A DNA stretch of 24,570 bases from an uncultured Dehalococcoidales bacterium. GTDB lineage: Bacteria; Chloroflexota; Dehalococcoidia; Lucifugimonadales; Lucifugimonadaceae. A program made the translations under genes and the position numbers. The DNA lies in NCBI GenBank assembly GCA_964440895.1, contig CAYTXB010000001.1, positions 1 to 24,570 on the forward strand, read 5' to 3'. The notes beneath the pieces were generated by a model. It did not search any database. It was not told the origin of the DNA and saw only the letters and a program-made list of their open reading frames with translations. Below are positions 1-7,272 of the stretch, piece after piece; the stretch's first letter is position 1, and each line of letters begins with the position of its first letter.

Positions 1-780
1 CTTCATATCATCTCTATTAATTACTAAATCTATAAATCCTCTCTTCAAGAAGTCTTCAGAAGTATACTGATCTTTTGTTTCATTTGAATTTTTATTTTTT
101 AATTTTCTATATGAAGAATATCCAATTCTAGCCCCAGGCTCACCAATTATAATGTCAGAAAGCGTAGCGAAGCTAGACATTGCTTGACCAGTTGAAGGAT
201 TACAAAGTATTGAAATCATCGGGATATTGGAATTTCTCAGTAAGTTTGCAGCAGAAACAGTTTTTGACATTTGCATTAATGAGATCACTCCTTCTTGAAT
301 TCTGCTTCCGCCACTATTAATTATTGTAATGACTGGGAATTGTTTTTTTGCTGCCAGCTCATATGATAGAGCAATTTTTTCTCCAACAATTAAACCCATA
401 CTTCCGCCGAGAAATCCAAAATCCAAAGCAATTATTACTATTTGCTTTCCATTAACTTTAGCTGTACCAGTTATTACTGCTTCATTTAATCCGGTTCTAA
501 ATTGATCAGATTTAATTTTTTCATCATAATTTTCTAATTCTTCTTGTGCTATTTGTTCAAAACTAGATGTTAAATTTTTATTGATTTCCTTGAATGATCC
601 AGAATCAATTATTAATTCAATTCTTTCTTTGGCAGAAATGTGAAAATGGAAATTACAATCAGGCTCAGAACATATCTTATAATTTTTAAATTTTGAAGAT
701 TTTTCAATATCTTTGTTGCAAGCAAAACATATTTTATCTTTTTCTTCAGAGTCAAAAATAGTCTCTTCAAAGTTATACAT
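1..780 (-). CDS. accD: Acetyl-CoA carboxylase carboxyltransferase beta subunit; 3' end runs off the window (260 codons visible)
   Basis: Not in the ORF track; translated by hand from ATG at 780-778, open to position 1. MYNFEE...CFAC-x15-CSEPDC zinc ribbon, ISAKERIELIIDSGSF, DFGFLGGSMG, VGEKI, SGGSRIQEG, SLMQMSKT, GEPGARIG, GFIDLVI are all AccD-type motifs. Confidence 0.93.
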   Translation of the reverse strand, partial: MYNFEETIFDSEEKDKICFACNKDIEKSSKFKNYKICSEPDCNFHFHISAKERIELIIDSGSFKEINKNLTSSFEQIAQEELENYDEKIKSDQFRTGLNEAVITGTAKVNGKQIVIIALDFGFLGGSMGLIVGEKIALSYELAAKKQFPVITIINSGGSRIQEGVISLMQMSKTVSAANLLRNSNIPMISILCNPSTGQAMSSFATLSDIIIGEPGARIGYSSYRKLKNKNSNETKDQYTSEDFLKRGFIDLVINRDDMK

Positions 781-2912
781 TATAGTACCTCTCTCGGTTT
801 ACCTGAATCTCCAGGGCCGACAACTCCTTGATCTTCAAGTTCATCCATTAATCTTGCAGCTCTTGGATAACCAATCCTTAATCTTCTTTGAAGGTATGAA
901 GTGGATAATGTTTTTTGCCCTCTTGCTAAATTTTGTGCTTGTAATATTAAGTCATCATCTGAATCTATTTCAATATTATCGTCTGATATTTGATCAATTA
1001 TTGTATCTAAATCAATTTTTTTTATAGGATTATTAATTTGATGATTCCTCCAATGAGATACGACTTTCTCAATTTCATCATCTGAAATTAAAATTCCTTG
1101 AGCTCTTCTTGGTAATGGATTGTCAATAGGTACAAATAACATATCACCTTTACCAAGAAGTTTTTCTGCTCCTGGTGAATCTATTATAGTTCTAGAGTCA
1201 ATTTGAGAAGTAACGGAAAAAGAAATTCTGCTAGGAAAATTTGCTTTTATTAGCCCAGTGACAACATCAACAGATGGCCTTTGAGTGGCAACTATAAGGT
1301 GTATTCCTGTTGCTCTTCCTAATTGAGCTAACCTTACAAGGAGTTTTTCAACTTCATTTGAGGAATTTAACATCAGATCAGCTAGTTCATCCACAATTAT
1401 GACTATATATGGCATTTTTACTCTGTTTTTACTTTTACTTTTTTGGTTGTAAGTAGAAATATTTTTTGAGTTGTCTAATTCTAGTTGCTTAAACCTAAAA
1501 GTCATTTCTTCAACCATAAGTTTCAATGCTTTTATAGCATCTGAAGGCTCTACAATTGGTTCGGTTAGCAAATGAGGGATTCCGCTATAAGGCGTTAATT
1601 CTACTCTTTTTGGGTCTACCATAACGAATCTAATTTCATCAGGATTCATTTTCATTAAAAATCCAGTAATTATAGAGTTTATGCACACACTCTTTCCTGA
1701 ACCAGTTGCTCCTGCAACTAATAAATGAGGAAGCTTTGTTAGATCGCAATACAATGGAGAGTTATCACTTCCAGTACCAATAGCTATTGGTAAAGCAAGA
1801 TCTTTCAAGATTTCATTTTTGTCAGTAATTAGCTCCTTTAAACCAACTACAGTTGTTTTTTTATTTGGAACCTCAATGCCTACAAGTGATTCTCCAGGCA
1901 TAGGGGATTGAAATCTTATGTTTTGATTTGCAAGCGCCAATGCAAGATCTTTTTCTCTTGCTAAAATATGATCAACTCTAACTCTTTTCGAATTACCGAA
2001 ACCTGGAGTTAATCCATACATAGTTACAGAAGGTCCTGATTTTACTTGGTCAACTGAAACTTCAATTCCATGTTCACTTAAAGTTTTTTCAATAAGTTCT
2101 TTTTTTTCATTTATATCATTTGGGTCAATTTTTTCACTTTTAATATCCTGTAGTAAATCTTCATAAGGGAGGTCCCATAATTCTATTTGATTATTATTTG
2201 GCGTAAAGGTATGGCTATCTATTGAATCGTTTAAACCTATTTCCTTTTTAATATCTTCACCTATTAATTCATTACCAGATTCAACTCGGTTACTAACTGC
2301 TTCTTCTGTAAAGTCTTCTTTATTGTCTATATTTTCTACAATTAACTTGTTTTCAGATTTCTTATCCTTATATTTGCTAATTAAATTAGAAATTAGGATA
2401 AATAATTGTCTAGTTTTATTAATTATTTTTTTGGGAAAAAATATAAAAACTAATAAAAAATTTATAAAGAAGAATCTGATGATTCCTAATGCATAGTTAA
2501 GTTGCGAAGGATTAAATCTGTCCCATTCAGATGGAAATTTTATTAGATACTCTCCAAGTAATCCTCCATAAGAAAATTTAAAAATTCCTTCATAATTATA
2601 ATTAAAAAATGATGCCAAAGAGGAAATTTGAACTATTAAAATTAATGGAAAAATAAATATAAAAATAATATTTTTCTTATTCTTAAAATCTAATGAAATA
2701 TAATAAATTACAATTAGAACTCCAAGAATCCATGTTAAAAATAATAAAGTTGATAGGCCAAAAAAATTAATTAAAAATGGTTGATAAAAAAAATTAAGTA
2801 TGCTTCCTTTAAGAAAATATAATTGCGTGCACGAAATAATTAATAAAATTAGAAATGATATAGAGAATAGTAAATGTTTATTATTCTCCTTAAATTCATA
2901 AAACCTTTGCAT
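780..2912 (-). CDS. ftsK: DNA translocase FtsK/SpoIIIE (N-terminal TM segments, motor domain, gamma domain)
   Basis: Hydrophobic N-terminal ~170 aa; PHLLVAGATGSGKS Walker A; MVDPKRVEL; IVIIVDELADLM Walker B; LAQLGRATGIHLIVATQRPSVDVVTGLIKANFPSRISF; GAEKLLGKGDML; C-terminal STSYLQRRLRIGYPRAARLMDELE gamma domain. Confidence 0.97.
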   Translation of the reverse strand: MQRFYEFKENNKHLLFSISFLILLIISCTQLYFLKGSILNFFYQPFLINFFGLSTLLFLTWILGVLIVIYYISLDFKNKKNIIFIFIFPLILIVQISSLASFFNYNYEGIFKFSYGGLLGEYLIKFPSEWDRFNPSQLNYALGIIRFFFINFLLVFIFFPKKIINKTRQLFILISNLISKYKDKKSENKLIVENIDNKEDFTEEAVSNRVESGNELIGEDIKKEIGLNDSIDSHTFTPNNNQIELWDLPYEDLLQDIKSEKIDPNDINEKKELIEKTLSEHGIEVSVDQVKSGPSVTMYGLTPGFGNSKRVRVDHILAREKDLALALANQNIRFQSPMPGESLVGIEVPNKKTTVVGLKELITDKNEILKDLALPIAIGTGSDNSPLYCDLTKLPHLLVAGATGSGKSVCINSIITGFLMKMNPDEIRFVMVDPKRVELTPYSGIPHLLTEPIVEPSDAIKALKLMVEEMTFRFKQLELDNSKNISTYNQKSKSKNRVKMPYIVIIVDELADLMLNSSNEVEKLLVRLAQLGRATGIHLIVATQRPSVDVVTGLIKANFPSRISFSVTSQIDSRTIIDSPGAEKLLGKGDMLFVPIDNPLPRRAQGILISDDEIEKVVSHWRNHQINNPIKKIDLDTIIDQISDDNIEIDSDDDLILQAQNLARGQKTLSTSYLQRRLRIGYPRAARLMDELEDQGVVGPGDSGKPREVL

Positions 2913-2942
2913 CTTTACTTAACCAAACTACTTAATACAATA

Positions 2943-2971
2943 ACTGTAAGTAAAAATATTTTATAAATCAA
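2943..2971 (-). promoter_or_regulatory. Candidate sigma70-type promoter for ftsK-accD
   Basis: On the minus strand, TTGATT (2971-2966), a 17-nt spacer and TACAGT (2948-2943) lie ~30 nt upstream of the ftsK ATG. The AT-rich context makes chance matches likely. Confidence 0.35.
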
Positions 2972-3008
2972 TTAGAAAAGATTCATAAAAATTTGAAAAT
3001 TAATTAAA

Positions 3009-3266
3009 TTAGTCTGAAATACCTTTGTCATCAAGGAACTTCAATGCATCAGCAACAGTTATAATTCCTTCTGCCTCTTCATCTGAAATTTCTAAATCAT
3101 TTCCGTCGGATGAAAATTCACTTTCCATTGCCATTATCATTTCAACTACATCAAGTGAATCAGCATCAAGGTCGTCAATGAACGATGAATCTGGTTTTAT
3201 ATCATCGACACTAACAGAAAGCGATTCAGCTATAATTTCGTATAATCTTTCTTCTACAGTTGCCAT
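3009..3266 (-). CDS. acpP: Acyl carrier protein
   Basis: 85 aa, acidic; FIDDLDADSLDVVEMIMAMESEF with the DSL phosphopantetheine Ser; ISDEEAEGIITVADA; located in the fab cluster. Confidence 0.96.
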   Translation of the reverse strand: MATVEERLYEIIAESLSVSVDDIKPDSSFIDDLDADSLDVVEMIMAMESEFSSDGNDLEISDEEAEGIITVADALKFLDDKGISD

Positions 3267-3279
3267 AATTATCCTACCT

Positions 3280-3792
3280 TCATTTAGTTTTATAATATAT
3301 TTTATTTATATTTTTTATCAAGGTTTTTAGTACACCTTTAATAAATTTATTTGAGTTATCTGAACCGAAAAGATAACCTAAATTTTCAAAATCTTCAACT
3401 AGTTCAGCAAATTTATCATTTTTTTTGGCCTTTTTAACTTCCCAGAAAGCTAATCTAAGTAAACTTTTGTCTATTATTGATAATTGATTTACGGGATATT
3501 CTTCAGCAAAATTCTGAATCGATAAATCTAAATCATCTCTTTGTGAATAAATTTCAAAACTTAACTTTTCTGAATCTTCTGCATCTTTTTTTGATAATTT
3601 ACTTAATTCAAAAATATCAGAATGAGAATTTTTTTCTAAGACCCCATTATTGATATCAATTAAATACAATAATTGTAAAATTTGCTTTCTAATTAGTTGT
3701 TTTTTATTTAAATCAAGGTCTATTGTGTATTCTTCTAATAATTCGCTATTTTCTAAGGCCAGCTTATCTTGATGACTAGAAATTTCAGGCAT
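3280..3792 (-). CDS. nusB: Transcription antitermination factor NusB (divergent)
   Basis: QILQLLY, QLSIIDKSLLRLAFWE and FGSDNSNKFIKGVL resemble NusB motifs. I prefer the start at ATG 3792, 7 nt after the fabD stop, over the track start at 3828, which overlaps fabD. Confidence 0.8.
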   Translation of the reverse strand: MPEISSHQDKLALENSELLEEYTIDLDLNKKQLIRKQILQLLYLIDINNGVLEKNSHSDIFELSKLSKKDAEDSEKLSFEIYSQRDDLDLSIQNFAEEYPVNQLSIIDKSLLRLAFWEVKKAKKNDKFAELVEDFENLGYLFGSDNSNKFIKGVLKTLIKNINKIYYKTK

Positions 3793-3799
3793 AAGATAT

Positions 3800-4720
3800 T
3801 TATGACTGTATTGACTCATATGAATCAATGTTTAAAGTTGAGCTATTACTATCTATTCTTTTAATTAAACCTGTCAAAACCTTGCCCGGGCCAAATTCTA
3901 TATATTCATTAAGGCCATTAGAACTCATATACTTTATAGTGTCGTTCCATTGAACACATGACATAAGTTGTTCAATAAGTTCATTCTTTATTTGAGTAGC
4001 ATTTTCAAGTGGTTTGGCATTCACATTTCCTATTAGAGGAATGTCTGGGTCGTTAAATTTTAATGATTCAATGAAATCTAGCAAACTGTCTCTAGCTGGC
4101 TCCATTAAAATTGAGTGAAATGCACCTCCGACACTTAACTTAATAGCTTTTTTTGCTCCTCTTGCCTTAGCTAGGTCAACTGCTATTGCTAAAGAATCGT
4201 TATCTCCACTTATTATAACTTGCTGAGAACTATTAACATTTGATGGGTATGCTCCAGCTTCTCTGCATACTTCTTCAACTACATCAATTTCCATACCAAT
4301 AATTGCAACCATTCCTCCAGGATTTTTATCGCAAGCAATTTGCATTAATCTGCCTCTTTCCGAGACAAGCCTAATTGTGTCAGAAATTGATAATGCATTT
4401 GCAGCAGATAATGATGTATATTCGCCTAAACTATGACCAGCAGTCACACTTGGTTTAAAATTTTTATATTTTTCGTTAAAAACTGAGAAACATGCAAGAG
4501 ATGTTGCAGTTATCGCAGGTTGAGCATTTTCAGTTTTGTTTAAAGTTTCTTGGGAACCTGAAAAAATAATGTCAGTTAGTTTCCTGCCAAGTGTATCATC
4601 AACTTCATCAAAAATGTCTTTGGCAATTGATGATTTTTCATATAGATCAGAGCCCATTCCAATAACTTGTGAGCCTTGACCAGGAAATACAACAGCAGTT
4701 TCTTTTGAAATATCAATCAT
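3800..4720 (-). CDS. fabD: Malonyl-CoA:ACP transacylase
   Basis: VFPGQGSQ, TENAQPAI, AGHSLGEY (catalytic Ser), RGRLMQ, QQVIISG, LSVGGAFHS, EFGPGKVLTGLIKRI. Confidence 0.97.
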   Translation of the reverse strand: MIDISKETAVVFPGQGSQVIGMGSDLYEKSSIAKDIFDEVDDTLGRKLTDIIFSGSQETLNKTENAQPAITATSLACFSVFNEKYKNFKPSVTAGHSLGEYTSLSAANALSISDTIRLVSERGRLMQIACDKNPGGMVAIIGMEIDVVEEVCREAGAYPSNVNSSQQVIISGDNDSLAIAVDLAKARGAKKAIKLSVGGAFHSILMEPARDSLLDFIESLKFNDPDIPLIGNVNAKPLENATQIKNELIEQLMSCVQWNDTIKYMSSNGLNEYIEFGPGKVLTGLIKRIDSNSSTLNIDSYESIQS

Positions 4721-4729
4721 TTTACCTTC

Positions 4730-4954
4730 TTACTTAGTTATGAAATCGTTAATCTTTTTTTCCATTACTGGAGGGTCAACGTAATAATTATCTTTATAAA
4801 TACCGCATTTAGGGCATGCGTGATGAGGTTTCATCAAATTATGGGGCCCAGGGCATGCAGAACATCTTACTAATTGGATTCTGCTCTTTCCCATATGAGC
4901 TCTAGCTCTTCTAGTTCTTGATCTAGAATGCTTTTTTTTAGGTAGTGGTGCCAT
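4730..4954 (-). CDS. rpmF: 50S ribosomal protein L32 (zinc-binding C+ form)
   Basis: MAPLPKKKHSRSRTRRARAH basic N-terminus; CSAC...PHHACPKCGIY; upstream of the fab genes as in many bacteria. Confidence 0.93.
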   Translation of the reverse strand: MAPLPKKKHSRSRTRRARAHMGKSRIQLVRCSACPGPHNLMKPHHACPKCGIYKDNYYVDPPVMEKKINDFITK

Positions 4955-5092
4955 TTACTTTCTCAACTTATTACTTTTAATAAGTGAATTTTACATGTAA
5001 TCAAAATATTTTCAATAAGTTTAAAGCTATTAATTTACCAAATTGATTGATATGGGGGAGAAAAATAAAATATTCACAAGGATTTTATTGTT

Positions 5093-5581
5093 TTGGAAAG
5101 AATTATAGGAATTGATATTGGGCTTAGAAATACCGGTTACGGAATTATAGATTTTGATCAAAAAAGTGAAAAAATTGTCGAGGGCGGTGTTATAAAAACT
5201 GATTCTAAGGAAAATCTAGATGAAAGGCTCTTAACAATTTTTAATGACCTAGATTTTATTTATAAGAAATATTCTCCTATGTATTCTTCAATGGAAGATC
5301 TTCACAGTAGGTATAGAAACTTAAAAACAGCTATTATTATGGGTCATGCTCGAGGTGTTGCATGCGCTGTGTCAGCTTTAAATAATGTCCCAGTATACCA
5401 TTATCAGCCTACTCAAATAAAAAATATTATTACAGGTTCTGGAAGGGCAGATAAGAATCAAATGATAAAAACTGTAGCAAATAGATTAGATTCGCCCGCA
5501 ATAACCAATGAGCATGTAGCAGATGCATTCGCCACTTCTATTTGCCATTGGGTTATGTTTAGTTCAATTAAAAAAGTATAA
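5093..5581 (+). CDS. ruvC: Holliday junction resolvase RuvC
   Basis: TTG start; RIIGIDIGLRNTGYG, SMED, GHARG, IKNIITGSGRADKNQM, HVADAFATSICH; first gene of ruvCAB. Confidence 0.95.
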   Translation: MERIIGIDIGLRNTGYGIIDFDQKSEKIVEGGVIKTDSKENLDERLLTIFNDLDFIYKKYSPMYSSMEDLHSRYRNLKTAIIMGHARGVACAVSALNNVPVYHYQPTQIKNIITGSGRADKNQMIKTVANRLDSPAITNEHVADAFATSICHWVMFSSIKKV

Positions 5582-5590
5582 AATATAATT

Positions 5591-6214
5591 ATGATTAGTT
5601 TTTTAACTGGTGAAATTAGAAATATATTTCCTGAAAAATCTATAGTTGAAATCAATGTTTCAGGTGTAGGTTATGAAGTATCACTTCCAACATTTGTTAT
5701 GGATGAAGTTATAAATAGTGGCAAAAAAAATGGTGAAAAAATCAATTTAGAGATTTATTATCATTCTACTGAAAGGTCCCCAAAACCATTGCTAGTTGGA
5801 TTTAATAACCAGTTAGAAAAATTATTTTTTGAAAAAATAATTCAGGTTGAAGGCGTTGGGCCTCTTAAAGCAGTTTCAGCGCTAATTTTTCCAGTAGCAA
5901 TTGTTTCTCAAGCTATTGAAGATGAAGATATTTCAATTCTAAATCAAATGCCAGGAATTGGTGCAAGGGCTGCACAGAAAATGATTGCTACATTGAAAGG
6001 TAAGCTCATTGATATAATTTCCGATTCACGTTCATCATTGAATGCTACAGATTCAAACAAAAATGCCCTTAGGGATGACATTGTAGAAATATTAGTGGGC
6101 TTAGGTTTCAAAGAGTCAGATGCTATCATAAAAATTAATGAAGTTATTTCTGAAAAACCAGAACTCAAAGACAATCTTGAAGAAATTATTAGAGAAATTT
6201 TTAAATCCAAATAG
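5591..6214 (+). CDS. ruvA: Holliday junction DNA-binding protein RuvA
   Basis: MISFLTGEI, VSGVGYEV, helix-hairpin-helix motifs VEGVGPLKA and MPGIGARAAQKM, C-terminal LVGLGFKESDA; between ruvC and ruvB. Confidence 0.93.
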   Translation: MISFLTGEIRNIFPEKSIVEINVSGVGYEVSLPTFVMDEVINSGKKNGEKINLEIYYHSTERSPKPLLVGFNNQLEKLFFEKIIQVEGVGPLKAVSALIFPVAIVSQAIEDEDISILNQMPGIGARAAQKMIATLKGKLIDIISDSRSSLNATDSNKNALRDDIVEILVGLGFKESDAIIKINEVISEKPELKDNLEEIIREIFKSK

Positions 6215-6216
6215 AT

Positions 6217-7272
6217 ATGCCAATTGAAGAAATAATTAATAGTAACTCAAATGAAAATAATAAAGTTGTTGAAAGTGCCGAGAAAAATGATTATATAAAT
6301 GATCTGAGGCCAAAAATACTTAAAGAATATGTTGGCCAAGACGATGTAGTAAACAGCCTTAAGACGGCAATTAAAGCTTCTGAAGCAAGAAAAGAGCCTA
6401 TGGAGCATGTATTGTTTCACGGTCCTCCAGGCCTAGGTAAAACCACTTTGGCTCATGTCATTGCAAAAGAAAAAAAATCTAATTTAGTTGTAACTTCTGG
6501 GCCTAGTTTGGAAAAGCCAGCAGATATTGTAGGTTTATTATCAAACTTATCTGAAGGAGATGTTCTTTTTATAGATGAAATTCATAGAATATCCAAAGGG
6601 GTTGAAGAGTATTTTTATTCTGCAATGGAAGATTTTAAAGTTGATTTCATAACCGGTTCTGGTACTTTCGCTAAAACGCTCACCTTTCCATTAAACAAAT
6701 TTACTTTAGTTGGTGCTACTACCAGAGTTGGCATGCTTTCATCACCTTTAAGAGATAGGTTTGGATTAACTTATCATCTGGATTTTTATGATATTACAGA
6801 TTTATCAACAATAGTTAAAAGATCCTCAAATATCTTAAAAGTTAAAATTGATGACACTGCTACAAAAGAAATAGCAATAAGGTCAAGAGGTACGCCTAGA
6901 ATTGCAAATAGATTATTAAGAAGGGTAAGAGATTATCATCAAGTAAACTCAGACATTAAAATTATTGATGGTAATTTAGCTTCTGAAGCAATGGAACTAG
7001 AAGGTGTAGATTATAAAGGTCTTGATAGGCTAGATAGGCAATATTTAATAACATTATCTAAAAATTACAATGGGGGTCCAGCTGGAATTGAAGCTTTAGC
7101 TGCAACTTTAAATGAAGAATCACAAACTTTAATGGATGTGGTTGAGCCCTATCTATTAAAAATTGGCTTTATAATCAGGACTCCATCTGGAAGAAAAGTT
7201 ACTATTGATGGATTGAAATATGCTGGCATTGAAGTCAGAAAAAAAGACGAAAATCAGAAAAGAATGTTTTAA
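6217..7272 (+). CDS. ruvB: Holliday junction branch-migration ATPase RuvB
   Basis: LRPKILKEYVGQ, HVLFHGPPGLGKTTLA, LFIDEIHR, FTLVGATTR, PLRDRFG, SRGTPRIANRLLRRVRD, GFIIRTPSGR. Confidence 0.98.
   Translation: MPIEEIINSNSNENNKVVESAEKNDYINDLRPKILKEYVGQDDVVNSLKTAIKASEARKEPMEHVLFHGPPGLGKTTLAHVIAKEKKSNLVVTSGPSLEKPADIVGLLSNLSEGDVLFIDEIHRISKGVEEYFYSAMEDFKVDFITGSGTFAKTLTFPLNKFTLVGATTRVGMLSSPLRDRFGLTYHLDFYDITDLSTIVKRSSNILKVKIDDTATKEIAIRSRGTPRIANRLLRRVRDYHQVNSDIKIIDGNLASEAMELEGVDYKGLDRLDRQYLITLSKNYNGGPAGIEALAATLNEESQTLMDVVEPYLLKIGFIIRTPSGRKVTIDGLKYAGIEVRKKDENQKRMF

Noticed and set aside
4955-5092. LexA/SOS box upstream of ruvCAB
   Set aside because: No GAAC-N4-GTTC or CTGT-N8-ACAG was seen in this intergenic region.
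5500-5530. RuvC has His (NEHVAD) at a position that is Asp in E. coli
   Set aside because: His at this position is a known natural variant (e.g. Thermus thermophilus RuvC), so it is not evidence of inactivity or novelty.
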